Positions 9,454 through 18,930 of a stretch of DNA of 64,000 bases are shown in pieces; position 1 is the stretch's first letter; every line of letters starts with the position of its first letter. The notes beneath the pieces were generated by a model that saw only the letters and a list, made by a program, of their open reading frames with translations, was not told where the DNA came from and searched no databases. Origin of the DNA: a bacterium (GTDB taxonomy: Bacteria > Bacillota > Clostridia > Christensenellales > DTU072); assembly GCA_963644945.1 (NCBI GenBank), contig CAVIQK010000001.1, positions 3,402 to 67,401 on the forward strand, in the 5' to 3' direction. Both the position numbers and the translations under genes were made by a program.

Positions 9454-10101
9454 ATGACACAATTTAAAGATTACAAAAACGTAACAATATTCGATCATCC
9501 GCTTATTCAACACAAAATAGCAATACTTCGTGACAAAAATACCGGAATGAAACAATTTAGAGAACTTGTCGAAGAAATCACCACATTGATGACTTACGAA
9601 AGTTTCAAAGACGTTCCGATGGTTTCTGTCCAAGTCGAAACTCCTCTTGAAGTTTGCGAACAAAAGAAAGTCGCCGACAATGCAGTGACAATCGTCCCGA
9701 TTTTGAGAGCAGGACTCGGAATGGTCAACGGTGTGCACGTACTATTCCCTACCGCAAGAGTAGGCCATATAGGACTATATCGTGACGAAGAAACAATGAT
9801 TCCTCACGAATATTATTGCAAACTTCCCGATGGCATCGAAAACAGCATCGCAATTCTTCTCGATCCGATGCTCGCAACCGGCGGAAGTGCAAAAGCAGCC
9901 ATTGATTTCCTCAAAAAACGTGGATGCAAAAAGATCAAACTTATGTCAATAATAGGCGCCCCCGTAGGAATCGAAGAAGTAGCCAAGGCTCATCCCGATG
10001 TCGAAGTATATGTTTCCACCCTCGACAGAGAACTCAACGACCATTGCTACATCCTTCCCGGACTCGGAGATGCAGGAGATCGTCTTTTCGGTACAAAATA
10101 A
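9454..10101 (+). CDS. upp: Uracil phosphoribosyltransferase
   Basis: 215 aa. [22 protein letters not shown] motif [14 protein letters not shown]-terminal [13 protein letters not shown]. Confidence 0.9.
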   Translation: MTQFKDYKNVTIFDHPLIQHKIAILRDKNTGMKQFRELVEEITTLMTYESFKDVPMVSVQVETPLEVCEQKKVADNAVTIVPILRAGLGMVNGVHVLFPTARVGHIGLYRDEETMIPHEYYCKLPDGIENSIAILLDPMLATGGSAKAAIDFLKKRGCKKIKLMSIIGAPVGIEEVAKAHPDVEVYVSTLDRELNDHCYILPGLGDAGDRLFGTK

Positions 10102-10120
10102 GCAATATAAAGCAAAAAAT

Positions 10121-10155
10121 AAAAGGCTCGTAGAATTATCTATGAGCCTTTTTTC
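10121..10155. terminator. Bidirectional intrinsic terminator (upp / convergent DUF4838-like gene)
   Basis: GGCTCGTAG / CTATGAGCC stem flanked by an A-run and a T-run. Confidence 0.6.
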
Positions 10156-10173
10156 TAACAAATTTTATAATTA

Positions 10174-11967
10174 TTACAAATCAAATTTTTTCTCAAGTAG
10201 AGCCTTATACTCGGAGAAGTAATTTTTTGTTTCGGCAAAACGTTCGATTTTTGTTTCTTGCGAATAGTCTATTAGAAGTTTTGCACAGTCTTTCTTCAAA
10301 AGTTTGTGATACCCCGAATTGTTGATAATTACGTAATATACACCCACCAAAAGACGTTTGACGTGTTTCTCTGCGATTCCGCCTTTTTCGGTCTTTTCAA
10401 GGGCTTTTTCTAGTGTGCGAAGGTATCCGTTGACATACTCTTTTTTGAGATAAGAATTTTTGTGTGCGGACGGAGGCATAAACATGCCAAGTTCGTGATC
10501 CTTCTCATATAGATGCGTAAGGCAGTCATTTAAGAAAGTACGAACATCGTCGCTTGCATCACCGAACACGACTTTTAGATAGCGAGCAAGAATTTGTTCG
10601 GTGTCGGCAGTCTTGTCGAACATCAAGTGCGCAAGAAGGTATGCTCTCATTTCCGCATTTTCGCTACCGAGTTCTCTGGATGCTTGCGAGAAAACTCCTT
10701 CGGCGCCGTTTTCCTTGAAAAAGTCAAGGTTTGGTGCGAGTACCGAGAAATTCGGGAAAGGCATCACAAGATGCTTAAAATCGACAACATAGTCCCAAAT
10801 AATAATGTTTTTCGCACAGTTTTTCCATTGTTTCATAAAGGAATTGAATTGTTTGCTTCCTTTGGTTTCGGGATAGGAATAAGGCGATCTGTTGGATCCG
10901 GGCATAGAACAAAGTTTAATGAGTAGATTGTCGCTTGCCTTCATCGTCTTCGGTGGCTTATAGGTGTATAAATAAGCGAGAGTCGAGATATAGACGTTAG
11001 GATGAATTTGGTGTATTTCGTCTGCCAAACGATTGAGAAATTTGAGATAAGGAGCCATCGGCGAACCTTCTTGTTTGGCAAGTTTTTTACACTCTTTACA
11101 GCCACAACCTTTTATAAACCAGTTGTCCATGATAGAAACATCCCAATATTTAGCGGTGGGATTTTTCTCGATGAGTGCAAGAAGTCTTTCTTTTACGACA
11201 TTGTAAGCACCCTCCGACGACGGACAAAGAGCCGTTTCCAAAGTCGTGCCGAAATATGTAGTTTTGTGTCTTCTTTTTCCGCCTATTTGTGTGTAATATT
11301 CGGGATGAGTATCGAAAAACTCCGACGGAGGCAAGAAATCAAACATCGAGTGACACCATGTTCCCCAAAGTCTTGGAGGAGTGTCTTCATTTTCCTTAAA
11401 GGGCGCCCATCCCTCCGGACGGTGAGATCTGTCGGCAATATCGATTACGCCGTTAAGACGTATGCGTTTTGCCCATCCGTTGAGCCATGTTTCTTTAGAA
11501 TAGACGTTTCTCCAAGGAAAAACGGGGTTGAAAACCTTTTCTCCTATAGGGAAGAAAAGATTTTTTCTTTGCGGATAATACGTATAATCGGAATGAGTGA
11601 ACATGATGCCGACATATTCCAAAAATCCGTAAATTCCGTTGGTAAGTCCGTCTTTACATCTTGCAACAATAGTGAAGTCTTTTGCCGTTGCGACGAATTT
11701 GTATCCGTCGTCGGTAATTTCGTAATCGTCAACCAATGCGAACTTAAAAGGCGTTTTGCCGTCTTTTCCCGCTCCGTAAACCTTAGAGAGGGCATCTTTC
11801 AAAAAATCTACATCGGATGAATCTACAAGCGAAGATTCTTCTACGAAGAACATACGGCGACCTTCATCGACAAGAGGAAGACCGGTTTTTACTTCGTCTA
11901 GCGAAAGTATATATGCTTCTTCGTCAAAGTCCGGTATTTGAACGGGAAGTTTTATTTCTTTATCCAT
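10174..11967 (-). CDS. Glycoside-hydrolase-like protein (DUF4838-like), cytoplasmic
   Basis: 597 aa, no signal peptide. CGCKECKK Cys motif and a Trp-rich core match my recollection of DUF4838 proteins. 16-nt overlap with the upstream GH112 gene. Confidence 0.4.
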   Translation of the reverse strand: MDKEIKLPVQIPDFDEEAYILSLDEVKTGLPLVDEGRRMFFVEESSLVDSSDVDFLKDALSKVYGAGKDGKTPFKFALVDDYEITDDGYKFVATAKDFTIVARCKDGLTNGIYGFLEYVGIMFTHSDYTYYPQRKNLFFPIGEKVFNPVFPWRNVYSKETWLNGWAKRIRLNGVIDIADRSHRPEGWAPFKENEDTPPRLWGTWCHSMFDFLPPSEFFDTHPEYYTQIGGKRRHKTTYFGTTLETALCPSSEGAYNVVKERLLALIEKNPTAKYWDVSIMDNWFIKGCGCKECKKLAKQEGSPMAPYLKFLNRLADEIHQIHPNVYISTLAYLYTYKPPKTMKASDNLLIKLCSMPGSNRSPYSYPETKGSKQFNSFMKQWKNCAKNIIIWDYVVDFKHLVMPFPNFSVLAPNLDFFKENGAEGVFSQASRELGSENAEMRAYLLAHLMFDKTADTEQILARYLKVVFGDASDDVRTFLNDCLTHLYEKDHELGMFMPPSAHKNSYLKKEYVNGYLRTLEKALEKTEKGGIAEKHVKRLLVGVYYVIINNSGYHKLLKKDCAKLLIDYSQETKIERFAETKNYFSEYKALLEKKFDL

Positions 11968-14114
11968 TTTATCTCCATCGGTGCAAGAGTCAAAGTTGTT
12001 TTTTCTCCGCTTATATCATAGAAATCGGTTGTTTGTGTGTCGTTAGAATTGTTGACTACCGCATAAGTCGATTTGTTGGGGTAGTAGTTGCACTCTGTAA
12101 GAGGATTGGTAGAGAATGCTTTGTTGATCTCGGCATCCTTTCCTGCCGTCCAATAAATGGCTCTATAAAGAAGTCTTGCATTGTCGAAGTTGTAAGGAAT
12201 GCCGGCAATATAAAATGCACGACCTTTTCCGTATTGATTGCAAGCCATTTTGACTTCGCCTACATTTACCTTTCTTTGGAATCTGTCCGAGAAGGTTATA
12301 TCAAGAACTTTGGCTCCGTCAAGTGCATAAATGTTTTTCATTCCTTCACCGTAATCGACGGGAGAAGTGAGATCTTTGGTGATAAAGTGAGAAGTCTCTT
12401 TGTTGATATTGTATTTGTCTAGTGACAATGTGAACCCAACTTCTTTATCGACGCCTAGGACGTCTGCAAGACGGAAGAATCTACCGCCTTTTTCGTAAGC
12501 AGAAGGCTCGCCTACACCGATAAATCCGCCACCGTTATAGACATATTCTCTTACTTTGGATACGACTTCTTCGTCCCATTTGCTTCCGCCCGAAAATGCG
12601 GTATAAGCATCGCCGGCGTTGATAACTACATCATAATCGTTGAGTTTGCCGTTCTTGACATCGTCAAAATCGATGAAGTCAACATCAACAGCAAGTCCCG
12701 AAAGTGCTTCGAGTATGCCTTGGTAGGAATAAATTTGTTGATACCAAAGTTCGTGAGCGACCATGTGGCTCATCCAACTACGAATTTTGCCCCATGCGTT
12801 GAGAATTGCTACTTTTACTCCGGAGTAGGCTTTTCCGCCTTCGACGGCAGAGTGAATAGTTCTAAACTCATTGCAGATTTCTTCTACACGGTCAATAAAT
12901 TTAGGGAATTTTGCGGCAAGAGATAAGTATCCGCCGTATCCTATACGGTCAAGAGGTTTACGCATAATAGCACGTCTTGCCGTAAGCCAGTTGTGGTTGA
13001 GTTCGATGGTAGGATCGTTGCCTTCATAGAACGTATCGGGGAAGAAGTAGGGGAGGAATCTTCCTTCTCTTACTTTGACGTGAGGTATTTCGGACAACAT
13101 TCTTACGGTGACTCCACCGCCAACAGAACCGACGACAGCATCAAGGTTGATGTCTTTGAAATACTTTCCGTAAGGCTCTGCACCTATCCAACAGTCACCA
13201 AGGAACATCATTGCTTCTTTGCCGTTTTCGTGTACGATTTCCACAAGTTTTCCGGCTTTCTTTGTGACATAGCGTTGTACGAAGTCCATATAGTCAAGGT
13301 ACTGTTTGCTAGGCACTCTAAAAGTGTTGTTGTAATAGCCGTTGTCGATGATATATTCGGCTCTCATTTTGTAGCCGTATTCTTTTTCGAACTCGTCTAG
13401 CATCAAAGGAGATACACTCATCGTGTAGCCGAACCAGTCAACATAACGCTCTTTTTTCTTGTCGTTGAATACAAGTGAGAATTGATAAAGGAAAGTGGTA
13501 AATCTTACGACATTTGTTTCTCCGTGAGCGAGACACCATTCTCTCATGTGTCTTTCTACATATTCGGCAGTCTTGGGATATTTGGGATCGTACATCATTT
13601 GTTTTTCGACATCCCAATTGTTGGTAATGTAGTTGTACATTTGGACAGGATCCCATATAGACCAAGCCATAAAAGAAACCGTATATTCGTGGAACGGCTT
13701 TGCATTGTCGATGGTGACAGTGCCGTCTTTTTCGCTATAAGAAAAACTTTCAACAAGTTGATTGTCCGTTCTGTCCATTACTTCCCAGTAAGAAGTAGTG
13801 CCGAAGTCGGCTTTTAATTGTTGTTCAAAATATCCGTCCATGATGTGCATCGTGAGAGTTTTTTCGGTGGCGGTGAAGAAATTGCTCATCAAAAAGACGT
13901 GTTCAAGTTCGTCAAGGTTGTTTTTTGCCCACTCGTTGTCGCCTCTTATGACAAAATAAGTGTTGTAAACTTTGTCGGCAAGTTCTTTTGCGTTTTTAGG
14001 CAAAACCGTTCCGTCACAATCTCTTACGGCATCGGCGCCCCAACGTGCAATTATTTTTTTTGTTTCTTCCACAAACGATGCGTCTGTGGGGATGGTTATT
14101 CTACCTTTTTGCAT
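11952..14114 (-). CDS. 1,3-beta-galactosyl-N-acetylhexosamine phosphorylase (GH112; lacto-N-biose/galacto-N-biose phosphorylase)
   Basis: 720 aa. The N-terminus MQKGRITIPTDASFVEETKKIIARWGADAVRDCDGT resembles Bifidobacterium LnpA (GRFTLP...WGADAIRNSDGT). Length is typical of the family. Confidence 0.8.
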   Translation of the reverse strand: MQKGRITIPTDASFVEETKKIIARWGADAVRDCDGTVLPKNAKELADKVYNTYFVIRGDNEWAKNNLDELEHVFLMSNFFTATEKTLTMHIMDGYFEQQLKADFGTTSYWEVMDRTDNQLVESFSYSEKDGTVTIDNAKPFHEYTVSFMAWSIWDPVQMYNYITNNWDVEKQMMYDPKYPKTAEYVERHMREWCLAHGETNVVRFTTFLYQFSLVFNDKKKERYVDWFGYTMSVSPLMLDEFEKEYGYKMRAEYIIDNGYYNNTFRVPSKQYLDYMDFVQRYVTKKAGKLVEIVHENGKEAMMFLGDCWIGAEPYGKYFKDINLDAVVGSVGGGVTVRMLSEIPHVKVREGRFLPYFFPDTFYEGNDPTIELNHNWLTARRAIMRKPLDRIGYGGYLSLAAKFPKFIDRVEEICNEFRTIHSAVEGGKAYSGVKVAILNAWGKIRSWMSHMVAHELWYQQIYSYQGILEALSGLAVDVDFIDFDDVKNGKLNDYDVVINAGDAYTAFSGGSKWDEEVVSKVREYVYNGGGFIGVGEPSAYEKGGRFFRLADVLGVDKEVGFTLSLDKYNINKETSHFITKDLTSPVDYGEGMKNIYALDGAKVLDITFSDRFQRKVNVGEVKMACNQYGKGRAFYIAGIPYNFDNARLLYRAIYWTAGKDAEINKAFSTNPLTECNYYPNKSTYAVVNNSNDTQTTDFYDISGEKTTLTLAPMEIKWIKK

Positions 14115-14133
14115 ATTTCACTCCTTTTAGGTA

Positions 14134-14646
14134 TTATTCAACAATGGTCACTTTACCGTCGGTAAAAGTGTAATTATATGTGCTTTCGCTCCAACGTGTC
14201 ATGTCGAAAGCGTCGTTTTTCTCGTCATGAAGAACAAGACTAAATTTTAGGGTTTCGTCTCCGGAAGTTTTCGTAAAGAAATTGGAAAGTTTGTCAAGGG
14301 TTATACTAAACTTCACTTTTCCGTCTTTGGTCGATTCGATGGCGCTTCCTTTTACGGAGAACAGCACTCTTTCGGTGTATCTAATGTCGTATCTGTCGTT
14401 TAGCGTAAAAGCCAAAATAAATGTTCTGTCGAGATCGGCATCTTTTTCTGCGGTAAAATAACCTTTCAATACATAGCCGTCTTTGAAACTGCCGTCAAGC
14501 GAATAACATACCGAAACATCGTCGTTTTCTTTACTGTCGTCGCCGATATTGATTTTTACGTCATAGACTGTTCCGCAAGCGGTCAAAGAAAAAAGCATCA
14601 CGATGCCGAGCAAGGCAATAAGTACCGTTGAGAGAAATTTTTTCAT
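14134..14646 (-). CDS. Lipoprotein, unknown function
   Basis: Signal peptide plus lipobox LTAC. 170 aa. 19 nt upstream of the GH112 gene on the same strand. Confidence 0.6.
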   Translation of the reverse strand: MKKFLSTVLIALLGIVMLFSLTACGTVYDVKINIGDDSKENDDVSVCYSLDGSFKDGYVLKGYFTAEKDADLDRTFILAFTLNDRYDIRYTERVLFSVKGSAIESTKDGKVKFSITLDKLSNFFTKTSGDETLKFSLVLHDEKNDAFDMTRWSESTYNYTFTDGKVTIVE

Positions 14647-14751
14647 TATATACTCCTAACTAAATAATATTATGTATAAATACATGCACTCTATATTCTA
14701 ACAAAAGAAGAAAAAAAGTCAATAGAAAGAAGCGATAATGAGAAGAAAGCC

Positions 14752-14778
14752 AAGAAAAAGCCCCGCATAAGCGGGGCA
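14752..14778 (-). terminator. Intrinsic terminator after the fused ABC transporter gene
   Basis: GCCCCGC-TTAT-GCGGGGC on the minus strand, followed by CTTTTTC. Confidence 0.65.
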
Positions 14779-14785
14779 TAAGTCG

Positions 14786-17700
14786 CTATAAAGATCTTAT
14801 AGATTCGACAGGCGGTTTTTTGGCGGCAATGGCTACGGGGATAATTGTCGCAATCAAAGACACCACAATGGACACCACAAATATCAACAATACCTCTTTT
14901 ATTCCGTATTCCAGAAGTTTTAATTGGAACGCACTCGAATAGGTCGATTTGTTGATAAACGAGCAAACGAATCCGGTGACTACGGATGAAATAGCAAAGC
15001 ATACCATTGCAATAAATCCGCCTTCCGAGAAGAATATTCTAAACACATCCAATTCTCTTGCGCCGATTGCTCTAAGAATGCCGATTTCCCTTTGTTTTGC
15101 CGCAATCGAAATAGAAATGAAGTTGAATAAGAGTAGCGCCGCAAGCACTCCGACAACCGCCGCAACTATTATGAATATTTTTCTAAGAGATGCAATCAAC
15201 GATGCCATAAAATAAGTCGTCGTATATATGCAGTTGGTCATTTTGTACGTGACAAAATCTTCTTTAGGGGTAAGACAATACTTGGTTTGAGCGATTGAAT
15301 TGTCCGTCAAAGACATTGCATAATTGTATTTTGCGTCTGCAGGTACAACATAATCGGTTTTATATTCGGTTTTGTAATCGTCCTCATAAGAATAAATGCC
15401 CCCGAGTTCATATTCGTCAATTGCCGCAGATGAAATCAAAGGATAATAGGCATTATCTATCGCATCGCACAAATAAAAACCTACGACATTGAAAGAATAT
15501 TGTTTGTTGTTGCTTCCGTTTTTACCCGAAACCTCTAAATATTTGTTGAAAAACGCCTCTTTGTCAATAGGTGTTTCTCCGCCGTTTTCGTCGTATTGAG
15601 TGGCATTGTCAAGATAATAACGAAGACCGTCAAGAAGAACATCCACATCTTCATTTGTCATGCCTTTTCCGTATTTCTGATAAGCCGTTTCGAATTTTTC
15701 CGCATCTTCGTACTTGTACGAGGATTGTTCATTGTCTAATTCGTCATAAGTTGATACGGTTTCTGTTACGAAAGAGTGAATCCAATTCAACATATCGAAA
15801 AATCCTAGTGAATCAAAGGCGTCATAGAAAGGCAAATATATATTGTATTTGCCGTTTTGTTTAGAAAGAATAGGTGCTTCTTGCTTGGTTGCGGTCAAAG
15901 AGTCTTTGTCAAAAGAATAAAAAGAGAAGTGTTCTTCATGACCTGCGATTGAAGTTTCGTTTATATACACAAAACCCTCGGGTTCGTCGGAAGATTCTTT
16001 GTAAGGACGAGTAAGCGTCCCGTACTCCGCATAATTTGAGGAAATATATATTGACGGCTCGCTATAGAATATCGATTTATAAGCATCATAAAAATCGCTT
16101 GAAACGAAGACGAGTTTATGAAAACTTTCAGAAAGATATTCGGAAAACGAAGAAACAAGTTCTTCATAAGCGGTCTGTTTACCTTGGAAAGTTTCTTTTT
16201 TGTCGGCGATGTTTTTAAGGCTAACAAACTGCGGATCGTTATACAATTTGCCTTCGACTTTGACAATTCCCGTAACTTTCAGCGGAAAAGAAGTACGGCT
16301 GTTTGGATTGCTCATAACAAGATATTTTCCTATTATATCGCTTTCGTTATGAACGGTTGTCGTGGTCGAAGCGGTATTGCCGTTTTCGTCCGTCTCGGTA
16401 TAACCGTAAAATTTTAGACATTGATAAAAATAGTCCGTAATGGCTATTTCTTTTGAGTTTTTGGGATACTCACCGATAATCGAAAGACCGCTATTTTCCT
16501 TGATAAAATCGGCTCCCGCATCCGCAAAACCCGAAAAAATGTTGTTTGGATAGTAGTAATCGGACGAAGAGATTTCACCGAAGTTTGCGCTCCAAGAAAT
16601 TGCCTCTTGACCAAAATAGTTGGATTCTCCACGTGTGTTGGTATAATCAAAAACTGCGACGAAGTTTAGTCCGAGATTGTTGTCGTTAAGATTTTTTATG
16701 TCGCTCGCAGAGAAAAGAGTGCTTACATCGGATTCGTTCGTGCAAATAAGTTTCCATTCGCCGTTGTCGTCTTTTTCGTAACCGAGTTCCGTTTGTTTAT
16801 AATATTTTGTCAAAGAAGTGGCATCGTATATTGAATCTTCTAGCGCCACACCCACAGAATATGCAGGATCGAAATTGACCATTGTCATTGCCGTACCGAA
16901 CAATGTGAACGAAATAACGGCAAGAAGAATGGTAAAAACCAAACGTATAGGTTTGGTTTTTAGTCCGCTTAGTCCTAGTTTTATCGCACGTTTTGCGGGG
17001 AGTTTTGACTTTATGAATTTAGGATGAGTATCTTGCGATTTTACCTTTTCGGCAATTGTTTCCGTATCGGTATTTTCAAAAGATTCTTTGCTGTCGTCAT
17101 CACGAATTTTACAAGTCTTTTTAATGGCGTTGACATCTTGCTCGCCAAATGAAATAACACCGGTTTTCCCGTGGTTTTTCATTTTTGAAAGCATGTCTTT
17201 CAAATCGGACTCGCTGACTTTTTCTATATCCTCGATTTTGATCGTAGATTCACCGATAAATTTGATATTGCCGTCATCTGTCGAGGTTGCCGGCACTATG
17301 GTTTTAGATACATCCGAGATAATTTTGCCGTCTTTTAATTCGATGATTCGGTCTGCGTAATATTCGGCAAAATCTCTGTCGTGCGAAACGACGATAACAA
17401 GTTTTGTTGCGGACAATTTTTTCAGCGTGTCGAAGACTTGTTGACCGGTTTTGCTGTCGAGAGCGCCCGTCGGCTCGTCCGCCATAATTATTTCAGGCTC
17501 TTTTATAAGCGCTCTTGCGATGGCGATACGTTGTTTTTGACCACCGGAAAGAGTGTTGGGCTTTCTGCGACCAAGCCCCTCCAAATCTACTTGTTTTAGA
17601 AGATCGTTGACGGCTTTTACGTCGTTTTTCTTGCCTTGAAGTTGTAGCGCAAGAGCAATGTTTTGTTCGACGTTGAATTCCCCGAGAATGTTGTATTCTT

Positions 17701-17971
17701 GGAAAACGAAACCGATGAAAGTATTTCTATAACTGTCAAAATCGTTGGAAGAAAAGTCCTTACTGCTTTTGCCTTTGATGATAATTTCACCGTCGTCGGG
17801 GCGATCAAGACCGCCTGCCATGTTGAGCAGAGTAGATTTTCCGCTTCCGGATTTTCCCAAGAGAAAAACCATCCCCGTTTCGGGAAAATCGACGCTTACA
17901 CCGTCGAGCGCTCGGACTTCCGCTCCGCCTTTTGTTTTGTAAACTTTAACCAAATTTTTTACAGATAACAC
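14786..17971 (-). CDS. Fused ABC transporter ATPase plus FtsX/MacB-type permease with very large extracytoplasmic domain
   Basis: 1061 aa. Walker A GKSGSGKST, LSGGQKQR, Walker B IIMADEP. TM1 near residue 350. A C-terminal FtsX-like 3-TM bundle starts near residue 930. GTG start. Confidence 0.8.
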   Translation of the reverse strand: MLSVKNLVKVYKTKGGAEVRALDGVSVDFPETGMVFLLGKSGSGKSTLLNMAGGLDRPDDGEIIIKGKSSKDFSSNDFDSYRNTFIGFVFQEYNILGEFNVEQNIALALQLQGKKNDVKAVNDLLKQVDLEGLGRRKPNTLSGGQKQRIAIARALIKEPEIIMADEPTGALDSKTGQQVFDTLKKLSATKLVIVVSHDRDFAEYYADRIIELKDGKIISDVSKTIVPATSTDDGNIKFIGESTIKIEDIEKVSESDLKDMLSKMKNHGKTGVISFGEQDVNAIKKTCKIRDDDSKESFENTDTETIAEKVKSQDTHPKFIKSKLPAKRAIKLGLSGLKTKPIRLVFTILLAVISFTLFGTAMTMVNFDPAYSVGVALEDSIYDATSLTKYYKQTELGYEKDDNGEWKLICTNESDVSTLFSASDIKNLNDNNLGLNFVAVFDYTNTRGESNYFGQEAISWSANFGEISSSDYYYPNNIFSGFADAGADFIKENSGLSIIGEYPKNSKEIAITDYFYQCLKFYGYTETDENGNTASTTTTVHNESDIIGKYLVMSNPNSRTSFPLKVTGIVKVEGKLYNDPQFVSLKNIADKKETFQGKQTAYEELVSSFSEYLSESFHKLVFVSSDFYDAYKSIFYSEPSIYISSNYAEYGTLTRPYKESSDEPEGFVYINETSIAGHEEHFSFYSFDKDSLTATKQEAPILSKQNGKYNIYLPFYDAFDSLGFFDMLNWIHSFVTETVSTYDELDNEQSSYKYEDAEKFETAYQKYGKGMTNEDVDVLLDGLRYYLDNATQYDENGGETPIDKEAFFNKYLEVSGKNGSNNKQYSFNVVGFYLCDAIDNAYYPLISSAAIDEYELGGIYSYEDDYKTEYKTDYVVPADAKYNYAMSLTDNSIAQTKYCLTPKEDFVTYKMTNCIYTTTYFMASLIASLRKIFIIVAAVVGVLAALLLFNFISISIAAKQREIGILRAIGARELDVFRIFFSEGGFIAMVCFAISSVVTGFVCSFINKSTYSSAFQLKLLEYGIKEVLLIFVVSIVVSLIATIIPVAIAAKKPPVESIRSL

Positions 17972-18063
17972 AATACACTTCTCCTTATAATCTTGGTTTG
18001 CTGTAATTGTTTGTTTTATTTTTTGTCGCTATTTAATTGATTTTCAAATCTAATAGCGTGTTA

Positions 18064-18927
18064 TTATCCCCATATCGCCATAGCGATGGTAGCAACAGTC
18101 ATCAAAGCAAGGCCGATAGACGCTTTTACGCTGATTTTTTCTTTGAAAACCACAGCGGAAAATCCTACGGCAACAAGAACACTTAATTTGTCAATCGGTA
18201 CCACCACACTCACTATGCCGTTTTGAATTGCGTAATAATAACACAACCACGATGCACCGGTTGCCACTCCCGATATCAGTATAAAAACGAGTTCTTTTCC
18301 TTCGATTTCTCTTATTTTAGACTGCTTGCCTTTTACCAGTACGACCACCCATGCCATTATGAGTACGATAATTGTCCTTATAGCCGTACCGAGATTAGAT
18401 TCCACTCCGTCAATGCCGATTTTTGCAAAGATCGAAGTCAATGCGGCGAACACTGCCGAACCGATTGCATAAGGAAGCCACGTCCGTTTGCTTTGTCCGT
18501 CCGACTCTTTTTTGTCTATCGTCAAGAAAATTCCTACGGCGATAAAAAAGGTACATACGAGTTTAACCCAAAGGTTGTTGGTTTCACCGAAGAATATGAT
18601 CGCAAGCAAAATGGTTAGGATAGTGCTTGATTTGTCAATCGGCACGACCTTGTTGACGTCCCCTAGGGACAAGGCTTTGAAATAGCAAAGCCACGATGCA
18701 CCGGTTGCCACTCCCGACAAAACAAGGAAGACAAGAGTCTTAGGCGTTATGTTTTTAATAGTATCGAACGAGCCGACGACAGCGACCATTATCCACGAAA
18801 ACGCAAGTACGACAATTGTCCTTATAGCCGTTGCTACGTCCGAATCGGTTTTTTTGATGCCACATTTTGCAAGTACCGAAGTAATTCCTGCAAAAAATGC
18901 GGACAAAACCGCCATGACAATCCACAT
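18064..18927 (-). CDS. EamA/DMT family transporter
   Basis: 287 aa. Two internally repeated 5-TM halves, each with a GVATGASWLCY motif. Confidence 0.75.
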   Translation of the reverse strand: MWIVMAVLSAFFAGITSVLAKCGIKKTDSDVATAIRTIVVLAFSWIMVAVVGSFDTIKNITPKTLVFLVLSGVATGASWLCYFKALSLGDVNKVVPIDKSSTILTILLAIIFFGETNNLWVKLVCTFFIAVGIFLTIDKKESDGQSKRTWLPYAIGSAVFAALTSIFAKIGIDGVESNLGTAIRTIIVLIMAWVVVLVKGKQSKIREIEGKELVFILISGVATGASWLCYYYAIQNGIVSVVVPIDKLSVLVAVGFSAVVFKEKISVKASIGLALMTVATIAMAIWG

Positions 18928-18930
18928 ATA

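Noticed and set aside
11002-12422. Plus-strand ORFs of 272 aa and 201 aa
   Set aside because: They are antisense to the DUF4838-like and GH112 genes. No SD, and Phe/Arg/Cys-rich shadow-frame composition.
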